From assembly GCA_000165345.1 (NCBI GenBank), contig CM000430.1, positions 672,001 through 736,000 on the forward strand: a DNA stretch of 64,000 nucleotides, given 5' to 3'. Position 1 is the first letter of the stretch, and the number at the start of each line of letters is the position of its first letter. The position numbers were made by a program, and so were the translations under genes. Shown here one piece after another: positions 45,649 through 58,558 of the stretch. Under the pieces are notes generated by a model. It had not been told where the DNA came from, did no database searches, and saw only the letters and a program-made list of their open reading frames with translations.

Positions 45649-48600
45649 ATGGACTCTACAGCAGAAGTTTATTCTTTACCCCAACTACAAGACAGGATAA
45701 AGAGGGATCCAGGGGCTTATTTATCAGATTTTGAGCTACAATTACAGCATTTTTATTCAACATTGGATGTATTTAGATTAAATCCGCAAAATATTCCCAA
45801 AGAAATATTTCAGTTAATGATATTTATTGCTCAGACTTGCCCATATTACTATAAATATGGAGTATGTAACAAGTTTATTGAGAAACTTCTTGATGAATTA
45901 AAGAATAACTCTAGTTTAATGACTTCAGATATGCGAGTTTCAATGGCAACTTCATTAATTTTACTTTCAAATCAAAAAATTATTGACATTGTATATTTAT
46001 TGCCTCTATGGTTTGATTTAATGCGTCTTCCTGATAAAATTTTAAGATCAAAGTTATTGAAACATATAGTTTCAAGTATAGTCAATGCCAATATCAAGAA
46101 AACTGGTAAGAAAACGAGCGCAAAGAACAGGTCAAAGAGTATATTAAAGAGTAAACAAATTGGTACATCATTTTCAATTTCAGAAACAACATTTAGTTAC
46201 TTCGGCGAAACTGGGAATGATAACACTTCAGATCAAACTCTAAAACAATTAAAAAGTTATAATATATCTATGGGATATGACTTGAAAAAATTTAATTCTA
46301 CAGTCATGTCATTTTTAAGAGAAAGAATTGCAGATCCAAAAGATGTTTTACGTTCAATGGCTATTATTATTGATGTTTATAGGCAACATGTTTGGAATGA
46401 TGCTCAAGCTGTGAATATTATAGCTAAGTGTTGTGTGGGTTCAACTTCACCAAAAGTAGCTTCAACTGCAGCGAGATTTCTTTTGGGAAGGAATTGTTCA
46501 ATGGAAGAATTGGAGAATGATATAGAAGATGAAGATGAAAAGAGAGAATTGGCAGCAGAAGCAGCAAAGGCTATGAAATCTGCTTTAATCGGAATCAGTT
46601 CTAATAGTAAAAAGAAGAAAATGGAAAAGGCTAAGCAAGCAATGAAGAAATTGGAAAAACAAAAAAAGAATAAGACTGAAAACAACTCTTTAATTAAAAG
46701 TAACCAATGTATTGATTTAATACATTGTCCACAAGAATTTGCAGAAGAATTATTCCATAGAGTTGCTTCACATACTGATCCTTTTGAGGTTAGAATGACA
46801 CTTATTGGTCTTATTTCTCGTTTAATTGAACGTCATCGTCTGATTCTTATCAATTACTATTCATATCTTGGCAGATATTTATCTCCAAATAATAAAAATG
46901 TTACAAATGTTTTGGCTTTTTTGGCACAAGCTTGTCACGAATTAATACCTCCACAAGAACTTTCTTCAACTATCAAGTTACTTATGGATAATTTTGTTAA
47001 TGAATGTTGTAGGCCTGAAGTTATTGTGGTTGGTTTGAATACTATTCGAGAAATTTGTCAGAGAGTACCTTTGGTTATGGATAAGGATAAGCTCTTGGAT
47101 TTGGCTAACTTTAGAAAGATGAATGATAAAGGAGTATCAATCGCAGCAAAGAGTTTGGTTAATCTCTATAGGGAAATTATGCCAAGTATGCTTCATCGTT
47201 CTTTAATGAGCAAGGATGCTGCAATGAATATGAAGGATGAGAATCAAGATGAAAATAGTTTTGCTTATGGTTATAAAAAGATTGATCAAACTATTTCTGG
47301 AGCTGATTTGCTTATTAAGTATAATAATAGGAAGAATAAATCAAAGAAAGATACTGAGTCTGAATCTTGCCAATCTGTTGAAGATTATGATTACCAAGTG
47401 GATCAAGATACCGATCATGACCATGATGATGATGATGTAGATGGCATTGATCTTGAGGAAATTGATGAATTAAGTCAAGTTGATATGGAAGAACTCGCCT
47501 CTTCTAATGAAGATGATTTTGAGGACTCTGATGAATCAGATATTGGCTCTGATATTGAAGATTCTACTTCAATTAAGGTTTCCAAGTCTCCAGAAAATAT
47601 AATGGAAAGTAATAATATAGTTTTTGATAAGATTTTAGATCAGGATGACTTCAAATTGATTAAAAAACTTAAAACAAGAGTAGAAGCAGCAAAGGCTGTT
47701 GGAGCATCTAAAGGTCCGAAAAATGAGCAGTTAGACTTTTCTACAGCATCATCAGATGAAGGTTTTGGTTCAGGAATTAGTGAAGAGGATAATACTTCAG
47801 AAAGTGAAAGTGAAAATGATTCAGACTCTAATGATTCCACAGATTACGATATTAGTAGAGATATTAGAGATGAGATTACTCGTAACATGGGTAGAAAGAA
47901 GTTGAGTAAACAACAAAGGGTTCAATCTATTATGAAGGGAAGGCAGGACAGAGAGACATTTAAAGAAAGGAGAATTAGAGGTAAGTTTTTCTTGATTCTT
48001 ATGGTCCAATTGTTTTGTTTTTTTTTTTTGTGCATGTGGTTCAGTTATTTATAAGGAATTCAGAGAAGAATTTAAAGCAAATAGTCTTTATTTCTTTCTT
48101 TTTCCTCCTCCAAACAATTGAGTGGATAAAGTAAATTATGGCATGCAAAGCCGGCTAGTTACTACATCTATTAGTTACTAGTGACTATGTAAAAGGTTGT
48201 TGAGTCTAATGCCAAAGTAATTCGTTATTTGAATAGTTGATCAATTCTATCACTAGAAACTTTTATGTGGTTAGAGACATTCAATATATCAAGTACAAAC
48301 TTTTAATAATTATCCACAATCTAAAAAAAATTCATCTAAATGGTTTGGAGGAGTAAAAAGGGCTTATTTAGATATTAACAATAAATTTCAAACTCATGCA
48401 CTAAACTTTTAAAAGAGAAAAAAAAACCACAAAACTCTTGGAACACTTTAAAAATTAACAAACTTGTAAACAAACTTTACTTTATTTTTTTCATTTTACA
48501 GAATCTTTGAGTAAGAAACAAAGTATTCCAAATGAAGTCAAATCAAGAAATAAACCAATGATGATGGTAGTTAAGAAGAGAGGTATCAATAAGAAAAATG

Positions 48601-48695
48601 AAACAGCAAATATGAAATTGAGTAGGATCAAAAAACATCTTCGAAATTTGAAGAAGGATACTGGAAAAAAGAAAAGATTCAGAAAGAGGTAAATT
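45649..48695 (+). CDS. SDA1 ribosome-biogenesis/nuclear export protein homolog, predicted 2 exons
   Basis: The N-terminus SLPQLQDRIKRDPGAYLSDFELQLQHFYSTLDVFRLNP...FQLMIFIAQTCPYY is SDA1-like, and there is an acidic C-terminal region. Exon 1 is 45649..47980 with a GTAAGT donor at 47981. The only frame-compatible acceptor is TTTTACAG at 48500-48501. Exon 2 is 48502..48695 and encodes the SDA1-like basic tail ...NKPMMMVVKKRG...KKRFRKR*. The intron is 521 nt. Confidence 0.6.
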
Positions 48696-48882
48696 CCCAC
48701 TTCTTTTTTCTTTTTGTTTATTGTTTATATTTTATTCATCTTGATATGGCTTCTTTCTTATATATTGGAATTCTAAGCTTTTCTTTTAATTAACTTATCC
48801 ACATTTGAAGTAATTAATAATATACACGATTAACAAAATAACAACAAAACTTATGGCCATATTTATTTCTTTTTGAAGTAAC

Positions 48883-51800
48883 TCAGCCTTTTTTCTTTAT
48901 TCTATACAATTTTGGAAGGTCAAGATAATGCTCTTTAATTATTGATAATGAGCTTCTTGGATATATGTTGAATTTCTTATTTAGTATTGAGGAATACTGT
49001 TGGTACTTTATTCTATAAGATATAAAGAAATCATCAATTCCAAGTGATTTATAACGTGAATTAAGGCAAGTAATAATTGAATCATACACAGCACATTTAA
49101 TTAGCAAATTCCATTGGTATTTATTAGGAAGTTGCTTTTTATACGAATAAATATTGTAGCAACATGCGTTTGAAATCCACTCCAAAACTTTGACTAAGAA
49201 TCTGGGATTAATAAACCCTTGGTGTATTTTCTTAATTCTTTTAAAGGTTGAAAGCAGTTTTAGTATACCAATATATACAACAATCACTATATTTGTGTAA
49301 ATCTATATGATAAAGAAAAGAATTTTCATAATAAACAAGAATGAAAATTAATTAATTAATTAATTGGTTGGTTATTTGTTGAATTATATTTAAAACTTAC
49401 CGTAAATAAAGAATTGATTTTACAATCATATAGCAATCCATTCTTGATTCTAAAATCAAAGTATCTTATTAATTTTATACCCAAAACAGACCACATATAA
49501 TTTGACTTTTGAAGGTTTTCAGATATCGTCGTCGACTTAAACCTGTGAAAATTTGAATAATTACTTGTAAATTGGTGCTTAGTTGTCAAGGTTACAGTAT
49601 CCATAACACATATGAATTCCAAATTCTTCCATGGGGAAACCATGCAATTCAAATAGCTGTACTCACTGGAAAACTTCATTCCTGTCCATGATACTTGTTT
49701 ATGGAACTGTTTTAAGGCTATCTTAGCCTTGTTAATCATTTCTTTTTCATTTTGGCAGTCCTTTTCACTTTTGTTGGTATTTATTCTCTTTTCCACTGGA
49801 CTGCTTGTGCACTCTGTCGAAGGTGGGAAGGAAGAAGAGGACGATGAGGAAGACGACGAAGAAGATGAAGAGGAAGATGAAGAGGAACAAGATGATGAAC
49901 AGGAAGAGGAAGGCGAAGATAGTAAAACATCATCCTCCTCAAGGATGATGATCTCATTATTGTGGTCAATCCAAGGAAAGTTAGAGTTGATTTTGTCCTT
50001 GGAAACGTTCGATCCCCATAGTTTTTGTATATAAAGTAACTTTAAGAACTTTTTGGCGGACTCCAAATCGGATGTGAGAAAAAGAAAATCGTCTACCCAT
50101 CTCAATAAGAGACTTTCTTGCTTATTGCTCTGAGAAGGACTTTCTTGATCATAACTTTTGAGATTGGCACGGATTTGGCAATTCTGGTTGTTGATATTAT
50201 TATTAAACTCTTCGGAAGGTTGCAGTAAAACACTTTTAGCATTAATATTATATTCTGATATTTCTAGTCTTCTTTTTTTACTTGTACTAGTATTATAAAT
50301 ATTTATCTCATTTTCTTTAAATTCTGGGTAACGGGATAATCCTGTCTCAAGATCATGTTGTGAAAATAAGTCTTTTTCAGTTGGATCAAGTAATTGTACT
50401 TTTTCTTGTTTAATTGGATTCAGAAATGATAAAGAAATGTAAGAGGAGGAAAAAAATGAATGTCCCAAAAGATTCTGGATTTCTGGATTTAGATCTAAGA
50501 AATTATAATAGAGACAACAAAGAATGTAAGAAATACTTGATCCTTGTGGAATTCCAAAATCTTGCTTAAATAAGCTTAGAAATCTTTTTCCAAATTTGAT
50601 AGAATTTCCAAGTTGTTTAGATTTTATTAGTCTTAAAGACTTTGAACATGTCCTAAGTCGAAAAAAGCTTGTGTTAAGGTGGATCTTAATGATCTCCTTG
50701 ACTAATTTCCAGTTTATCACACGTCTTGAATTTAAAAAAGTAAAGATTTCTGCTTTTTTTTGTCCCAAAATACTCAAATCCTTGTTTGATAAACAAGAAT
50801 TTTTAAGATTCCAAAGAAGTTCATCTAAATCTGGTCCTATAATCCTCTTAATTTTTGATTTGACGACTTTTTGATCTTCATCATGATCTTTCTCAAAAAT
50901 AGGTACCATATTTAGTTTTCCTTTTGAAGTAATAATACATGATCTCCCAAGCTCATCTTGGTAAGAGTCTCTATTCATATTATCAAAAGGCGGAATAATT
51001 GTTGTTTTACTTAAAGCCCTTGAATATAAGCTCAAAAGGGAAATTTCATTTGGAAGAGAAATTACATCCAAAAACTCAAAAATCTTGGACTTATTTATAT
51101 TTTCAAAACAGTTCACTAAATCTGCTTTAATAATATAAATCTTTACATGGGACATTTTTTTACCTTGATTTTGATAAAAATCTTCATTCATTTGAAATTG
51201 TTGTTTGTCTCTTCTATTCTTTATCCACCAATTCTTTATAATCTTATAAATATCTCCAAACTGTACAAGAGAAGCACCAAGATGATTCTTTCCTGTCATT
51301 CTTAATAGAAAAGATCTTAAAATCTTGGAAGGATAAAACAACATATTATTTGTTGATGGACGTCTTATATCTATAATTCTATTACTTGAAGGACGTCTCA
51401 TTACCTTATTAATTGGAGTAGTAGGTACCGATGATCCTGAATTTATTCCAATTCCTATATTATAATTACCAAATCCTAATCCCACTCCTAATCTTCCTGG
51501 TGGTGTCATAATCTGACAATTTTGGCTTGAAAATGATGTAAAATTCTTTCCTCCTATATTATTAATATGACCATAATTATGATTATTTCCTACAATACCG
51601 TTATTACCATTACTATTAAAGTAGTTATAATAGTAATTGTTATTAATCCAACTTGTTGGAAGATCTCCACCAGTCCAAACTGAATTACAATCACAAAAAC
51701 CAATCTTCTTCTTTTCTTCACAAGTGTGATCTCTTTCAAGATTTTGTTGAAGAATTTGTCCAGATCCAACTTTTGATAAATTTATTAATGGTCTTAAACC

Positions 51801-53780
51801 TTTAGATTTCGGTACCCATCTTATTTTTGGGATATTTTCAGAAAACTCAGAGTTCTTATCAATTAATTTTGAAATTTCTTGAATTGAAGATAAATTCATT
51901 ATATAGTCTTTTGACTGAATTCCTTTTAATATACTTTCTAGATACCATTTATCAGCTTGTCTCACGATCTTTATCCAAACTGGATGTCTAAAATATCTTA
52001 CTTTATTACTACCCTCAATTTCTGTTGCATAGAAATGTCTTCTTAATATTGGAAATACCAAATATACTATTAAAAAATAAATGTTCCTAGCTAGATATGT
52101 TTTTCCAAGGCTAATTAAACTTTTTTTAATACTAGATCTTGTCTTATTATTCGGTACCTTTTTAGATCTTTGATTAGAATTAATTAAATTTTTTGATTCT
52201 TTAATAAATTGATAACTTTTTTCTTCAAGTATTCTATTTACCCAATTTGAAACCTCAATTCCATTCATTGCATGTTGAATCTTAAAAGTTTCTCTAATAT
52301 GAAGATTCACAATTATTGGGATCTTTTTATTAATAAAAGTCTTAAAGTTTTTAAAGGTACCAAGTATATTCTTTGGTAATACTTTAATCAAGTATAATCT
52401 TAAAAAATTTACTACTCTAGTAGAACTTGTTTCAAAACAAGGAATAGGTAATTTATTGAAGTTTTGTAAATCTGAATCTTTAATTGGTTCTATTGGACAT
52501 ATTTGATCTAGAAAGTTAACTGGAGACGTATTTCTAATATTTAACAATAAATTTTGGAATTCTTCCATCATAGCAGAAGCCAATTTACATTTAACACGGG
52601 AGAATTTTGTCATTTCATAACTTCCAAGTAATCCAATCAAACTTTGTCTGTTGTGATCTTTGAATATATGATCAGTTTGAATAATAAATCTAAGTAGTGT
52701 TCTTGCTCCTAATAAATTTGGAGGTAAAAGTCTTAGAACAGATAAACAAGGAAGACCTCCTCTTTTTGAGAAATGATCACAATAAAGAAATGTTGAGCGA
52801 TATGGAATATCAATTTTGTAGATTTTAGAAAGTCTTGAATCTTTAATAATTCCTCCTGATCTTTTGTTTACTTGTCTTGGAGTTTCATCTAAAGGCTTAA
52901 CTTCTTCTTTTTCCTCAATTGTAAGAATTGGAGTTAAAGAAGATGATGATACAAATGAATTGGTCTTTTTTGGCCCTGTCTCATAAAGTCTAGCAAGCTC
53001 TTCCAGGAAGTCATTAGTTAACATTCTACCAGCTTGTTGAATGAGAATTTCAGAGTGATCACCAAGTATTCTAAAGATAATACAGCAAACAAATAAGAAG
53101 AGAATCTCAATAGGACCTATTTTGGAAAGAAGAGTATTCCAAGCATGGAGGTTTTGAAACTTGTATAAAGTAGAATTACAGAATGAGTATTTCTTGGGCT
53201 TTATAGTGTCGAAGCTAGTTCTTAATCCTGAATAACTCCCTGAATGAAAGATCCTAATCCTTGGAAAGTGCTTACGGAGTAGGAGCTCAAAGTCTTGTAC
53301 TTGATAGGTCAGAGAATCCTTTTCAGAATCTGGAATTATATTCTTAATTTGGTCTGTAATAAAGGAAGGAGACAATGTCTCATTATATTCGGTATTTCTT
53401 GACCTCTTTCCTGAAGACATAGACGACTGATTTCTAGGTGAGCTAAAGTAGTTCTGACCTAGTATCGATGACCACTCGAGCAATTTTTCGATATTTATAC
53501 CCAACAACTTCCTCCTGTCTCCGTTAATATCAAGACTATTGTCTAAGGAATTAAATGTAAGTTCCCTTAAGCCAAGAAATCCCTCCTTTAAAGCTTTTGG
53601 TATAGAAGGATCTTCCAGTATCAAAGTCTCTTCAAGTAGCCTCCTTAACTCCCCTGAGGAATCATTGTACAATCCTTCTTCTTTGAATACTCTAATCTTT
53701 CTTTTCTGCTCCAGGTACTCTCCCAGCGTCAGAACCTCTTGCTTCATCAACACTGCTAAAGCACCCTTCAACACACTCAT
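48883..53780 (-). CDS. TERT: telomerase reverse transcriptase (TERT), predicted 2 exons
   Basis: The RT motifs present are a T-motif-like YATEIEG, motif B' FGIPQGSSISYILCCLYY, motif C LLRWVDDFLFLT, and a motif-E-like FPWIDH. The N-terminal region is long and there is a Ser-rich insertion. Exon 1 is 53780..49401. I propose a phase-0 GTAAGT donor at 49400 and a CATATAG acceptor at 49304-49303. Exon 2 is 49302..48883 and would add a 139-aa C-terminal extension. Confidence 0.75.
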
Positions 53781-53836
53781 CCTCTGTATTCATTATCGTC
53801 ATGTAATTACTTTTTGTTCACGACTTACTATTAAAG

Positions 53837-53858
53837 TGGCGGGAAAGGTGCGCGCCAT
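53837..53858. promoter_or_regulatory. E2F-like GTGGCGGGAAAGGTGCGCGCCA about 60-80 bp upstream of TERT start codon
   Basis: Two E2F-type cores lie immediately upstream of a replication-linked gene. A further TTTTGGCGCCAA is at 54269-54280 in the same divergent region. Confidence 0.4.
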
Positions 53859-54596
53859 ACATGATTGTATTTAGATTTAATGCTCTGAGGAGAAGAAATG
53901 GGTTGGGGGAGACCATAGAAAGGTTAAGAATGAAGGAGGCGATGATGGTGGGGTATTAGAAGAAGGGAGGAATAAATGTTAAGGATTTAGGAATTATAAG
54001 AGGTAAATATATGAGTAAGGAGTTTTGGTTAATTGAGTGAAGTGTTAAGTAGAAGCGTGGAGAGGGAATTTGATTATAGGCAATCGAACTATGGTAAAGA
54101 AAGAGATAAATGGAGGTAAGATATAAATCATCAGTTCAGAGTGTTTGAAAATAAAAGAAGGAAAGAAAAATAAAAGAATCAAAGCATTTTGAGAAGGAAT
54201 TAAATTTGAAAAAGTTGGAGGCCACCACACAATTTACACACAACCTAGGGGGATCTGTCTCTAACGTGTTTTGGCGCCAACAAAGATTTATGCAAGCTAT
54301 AGGAGAAGAAAGAATAGGTAAAAGAGAATAAATAGAAGAAAGGTAAAAAGTTGTGTAAAATTAATAATAAAAGATTCAAGTTGAGATACTGGAGGAATTG
54401 AAAGAGAGAAGGAGACTGCGTGTGAGGAAATTCTGGAGAAAGATAGAGGAAAAGGAGGGTCAGGGAGGGAAGTAATATACAAAAAGAGGTTAAAAGGAGA
54501 ATTTAAGAATAACAAGAAATATATCTTAGGAGTGAGAAGTATTTAGCAGGACAGATTTAGGAGGAGGAGAAAAATAGAGTTTTAGTAGGTGAAAAC

Positions 54597-54660
<64 letters not shown>

Positions 54661-54682
54661 ATATATGTACAAATAGAGTAAT

Positions 54683-55831
54683 ATGGGGAATTCAGTTCCC
54701 TCATCTTCATCGTCAGTATCATCAGAAACAGTTAATACGAATAGGAACGGGGCTGAAAATATGAGTAGTCCAATAGGAATAAAGAATTTTGGGAACACGT
54801 GTTATATGAATGCTGGGTTACAGTTTATATCAGCAATGGGAATCTTTACAGAAGAAAATTTTGGAGGGATAAAACTTAATAAGAGCTCCTCAGAGGAGGT
54901 TTGTAGGTCATTAATATCAATTTTAATTCAGTTAGGAAAACCAAGTAGAATAACAGATGCAATTTCTCCATATCAACTTTTTAAGCAGCTTAGACAACAG
55001 AACTCTGATCTTTTTAACCAGCATCAACAAGATGCACATGAATTTATTATGTATATTTTGGAAATAATCCATGATGGGACTATTAAACCATGTAATGCTC
55101 CAAAGCTGTCAAACGAAGATCTTGAGAAATTGAGCAAAAAATCAACCCGACCAGGAAATGTTTTTTGGAATAACCATATGATGAGAAATAATTCAATTTT
55201 GAATAATACAATATGTGGACAGTTCAGAAGTAGAATAACTTGCGAGAATTGTGGAAATAATAGTGATACTTTTGATCCCTTTTGGGATATAACATTGGCT
55301 CTTCCTGAAGTTTCAGATGATTATGAGAAGATTTCAATTGGGTCTTGCTTTAGAAAGTTTTTTGAGCAACAGAATCTTTTTCACGAAAATGATGAACCAA
55401 ATTACAATTGTTCCCATTGTAAGAGTGTTGTAAACGCAACAAGATGTATAAATATTTCGCAGTTCCCAAATGTATTGCTTGTAACTTTAAAGAGGTTTAA
55501 TAACAACGGAGAAAAATGTAATGGGATTGTTTCCTTTAAAACAGCAGGAATAATACTCAAATCTCTCACGGAGATTGGCCACTTCAAGTTAGTAGCAGTG
55601 CTTCAACACAATGGAAGTACTCTTTTCCAAGGCCATTATATCTCCTATGTTTTCAAAAAGGAGTTCAACGGATGGTTTAAATTTGATGATGATATAGTCA
55701 CTTTAGTAGACGATATTCTTGAGGAGGATATTCAGGCTTACTGCCTTCTTTATATTCTCGAGTCAAAGAGCGCTTTGAACTCCAACTCTGAACAAGCTTA
55801 TTCTGTGGGTATAAGGAATCAGAGAAATTAG
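54683..55831 (+). CDS. ubiquitin carboxyl-terminal hydrolase (USP/UBP, peptidase C19)
   Basis: The Cys box is GIKNFGNTCYMNAGLQF, there is a QQDAHEF motif, and the His box is GHYISYVFKKEFNGWFKFDDDIV. Confidence 0.85.
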   Translation: MGNSVPSSSSSVSSETVNTNRNGAENMSSPIGIKNFGNTCYMNAGLQFISAMGIFTEENFGGIKLNKSSSEEVCRSLISILIQLGKPSRITDAISPYQLFKQLRQQNSDLFNQHQQDAHEFIMYILEIIHDGTIKPCNAPKLSNEDLEKLSKKSTRPGNVFWNNHMMRNNSILNNTICGQFRSRITCENCGNNSDTFDPFWDITLALPEVSDDYEKISIGSCFRKFFEQQNLFHENDEPNYNCSHCKSVVNATRCINISQFPNVLLVTLKRFNNNGEKCNGIVSFKTAGIILKSLTEIGHFKLVAVLQHNGSTLFQGHYISYVFKKEFNGWFKFDDDIVTLVDDILEEDIQAYCLLYILESKSALNSNSEQAYSVGIRNQRN

Positions 55832-56281
55832 ACCCAGTAGTCTCAAACGCTTACAACTTACTCAAAATTCTATATAGCTGTTATAATTTAATGTTTTTAG
55901 TTCCATTTCTTACATGTTATTTTTCATTTTAATCAGTCCTTCCGCAATTATAGATGTTTGCAATAGTTTTGGCGGGTTAAGTCGTTTTTTCCAATGCTTG
56001 TAGGAGAGTTCAGAAAGTTGCTTTGCTTGCATAAAGGGTGGGGATTTTTTTGTTTGGTCCTTTTTAGTTTGAAATAGGCAAAATTTGAAGATATTTTTTT
56101 CTTCTTAGCTGGATTTTACTGTTGGATTACTTTTGACCAGAAACTTATCAATCTGTTTATCCCCCCAACAAATCTTTACGAGCCCAAGCAGATTTAAGTA
56201 ATTTAATAAATCACTTAATTTAGAGCTATTGTTTTCTTTAATTAAGACCGGTATAGCTTTATCGAAATTATTCAAGGAAAA

Positions 56282-58456
56282 ATGGTAGATGAAGACTCAA
56301 ACTCTTCTTTATCTCCATCTTCTAATTCGGAAATTACCAAAATCTCCAATGAATACCATGACCGTGGCAGTGGTAAGAAGAGAAGAACATTTAGCAGGGG
56401 GAGATTCAGAAAGCCAGGAGCGCATGGAAGCCATAAACCAGATATGCCCGGGCTTTCAGCACCAGGAGTTCCGGGAGGAGGTGAACCAGCATCAGTAATT
56501 TCAGAACCAGGTGCAGAAAACTCCAAAGGAAGCAAGTCTGAACCAAAGAACAATCGAAATCTTGGGGGAAGAAAAGACTTCCGTAAATACAGGAACAAGA
56601 AGGTTGACCCAAAAAAAGGCATTTCCAATGCAAAAGAAGGGGTAAGATCTGAATTCAATAAAAATGGCCGAGGTAATTTCGTAATGACGAAGCCAAAATA
56701 CAGTTGGGGGAATGAGTTCTCCAGACTTAGTAAGCTTTATGGGGCTAATATTATTGCAGAGGAGTTGGTTTGCGATGAAGATGAAAACAACAAGCCAACT
56801 GAAGAGAGAAAGAACGATGAAGTTGATGATTCTTTCAGAAAAACCTCAATAAAGTTGTCTTGCAAATATCAGCCAAGCGATCCAGATTTCCCTTTCTCAA
56901 AGCTGAGTGAATATAATATGCAAGATTCCAAGACAGAATTTTCTTCTCCTGAAAAATTTTCAATTTTAATACATATAACCATTCCATCAGGATATCCAAA
57001 AGAAAATATCGACCAAGTTGTTTTTGATACTCCAGAATACCAGTATGTGAGTTCCAAGTTTAACGAAGCTTTTCAAGAATGTATTTCAAAATCTTCCTTG
57101 ACTTCAAATCCAATTTATGAAGCTCTTAAGACATTTGATAGGAATTTTTCAGAATTAGTTTTAAATGGACTTCCTTCAATAGAATCTATTAATGAATTTA
57201 TTCTTTTGAACTGGACTCCTGGGGAGCAAAAGCTTCTAGAAGAGGCAATTTGCTATTACAAGTATACAAAGGACGTGAACAAGAAATGGATTGAGATTGC
57301 CAATCATGTTGGTAATGGAAAGACTGTTAAACAGTGCATTGACAGGTATAAGTATTGTAGGTCTTTAGTGGTCAATAAAGAATCAGAGAAAAAAACCATA
57401 ATGGGGGAGGAAAGTGATGTACAATACGCCACCAATGAATCAAAAGTTGATGATGGACTTTTGTATTCAGAAAAGGATGGTCTCGATAAAACACCAGTGG
57501 AAGAATTGAGCAGATTAAATTTGATGAATTATGAGAATTTGCTCATTAATGGTTTGGAAATTTTTTCTATTGATTTAATTTTGATTGCAATTCTGAGGCT
57601 TCAAATTTATTGCTCAAGATGTAATGAGGTGAATGATTATAAACCAATAAGTATTCCAAGTAACCATGATTTGACTTTAAATAACCAAGACGAAACAAGG
57701 GAATTGACTTTCTTGGATAATTTGGTGTTAGGTAACTCACAAAACTGTAAGAAATGTGGTTTAAAACATTCCATACACTTTTCACCACTAATATGCCATT
57801 CTAATGATATAAAAATTGGGAAGATCGAATTTTCTGAATGCTCATTGAGAGATATTTTACCTTCAGATATTCTTGTCTCATGCTCAAACTGCAGTAATTT
57901 TCTGAGGATTAGAGAGTTCTTTGTGGGGAAGCAGTATTCAGTGAACTGTAGAAATTGTTTTAAAGAACTGAAAATTAAGGCAGATGGTTTAATTGTTGGG
58001 AATGAAATATTTAATGTTGACAAAAGCACAGATTTTTTGCTTGCTGAATTGAATAATATGAAAAAGTTCAAAAAAAAGATTAATAAGGATACAAAGCTTC
58101 CCACAGCTGTTGGTACCCCTCTTCCTTCAAATGGAACTTGCTCACATTATAAGAAATCCAATCGTTGGAACAGATTTCCTTGCTGTAATAAAGCCTATCC
58201 GTGCCATGAGTGTCATGATAAGGATAATCCTGATCATAAGTTTGAATGGGCAAAACAAATGATTTGTGGATTTTGTAGTAGAGAACAGGGATTCTCTGAA
58301 AATTGTAAATATTGCCGTGCAAATCTGACAGGTAAATCAGGTAATGCATCTGGAAGATTCTGGGAAGGAGGTAAAGGGTGTAGAAATCCTCTTACTTTGA
58401 GTAATCGTGATAGCAGAAAACGAAAGCTGATTTCTCGACAACTCAAAAAGACTTGA
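56282..58456 (+). CDS. SANT/Myb-like plus CHY-type zinc-finger protein
   Basis: It has a basic/RG-rich N-terminus. The SANT-like region is WTPGEQKLLEEAICYYKYTKDVNKKWIEIANHVGNGKTVKQCIDRY. The C-terminal CHY zinc finger is CSHYKKSNRWNRFPCCNKAYPCHECHDKDNPDHKF...CGFCSREQ...CKYC. Confidence 0.55.
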   Translation: MVDEDSNSSLSPSSNSEITKISNEYHDRGSGKKRRTFSRGRFRKPGAHGSHKPDMPGLSAPGVPGGGEPASVISEPGAENSKGSKSEPKNNRNLGGRKDFRKYRNKKVDPKKGISNAKEGVRSEFNKNGRGNFVMTKPKYSWGNEFSRLSKLYGANIIAEELVCDEDENNKPTEERKNDEVDDSFRKTSIKLSCKYQPSDPDFPFSKLSEYNMQDSKTEFSSPEKFSILIHITIPSGYPKENIDQVVFDTPEYQYVSSKFNEAFQECISKSSLTSNPIYEALKTFDRNFSELVLNGLPSIESINEFILLNWTPGEQKLLEEAICYYKYTKDVNKKWIEIANHVGNGKTVKQCIDRYKYCRSLVVNKESEKKTIMGEESDVQYATNESKVDDGLLYSEKDGLDKTPVEELSRLNLMNYENLLINGLEIFSIDLILIAILRLQIYCSRCNEVNDYKPISIPSNHDLTLNNQDETRELTFLDNLVLGNSQNCKKCGLKHSIHFSPLICHSNDIKIGKIEFSECSLRDILPSDILVSCSNCSNFLRIREFFVGKQYSVNCRNCFKELKIKADGLIVGNEIFNVDKSTDFLLAELNNMKKFKKKINKDTKLPTAVGTPLPSNGTCSHYKKSNRWNRFPCCNKAYPCHECHDKDNPDHKFEWAKQMICGFCSREQGFSENCKYCRANLTGKSGNASGRFWEGGKGCRNPLTLSNRDSRKRKLISRQLKKT

Positions 58457-58558
58457 ATTGATAATGGTTATTAAGATCCAAACATTTATTTTTTTTGGAT
58501 TTCTCGACCTTTTGTTTGGCTATAATAAGAAAGAAAAAACCAAATATTATAAAAATAT

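Noticed and set aside
49729-50034. Acidic (E/D-rich) + strand ORF inside TERT
   Set aside because: It is an antisense reading of the TERT poly-Ser codon run and not an independent gene.
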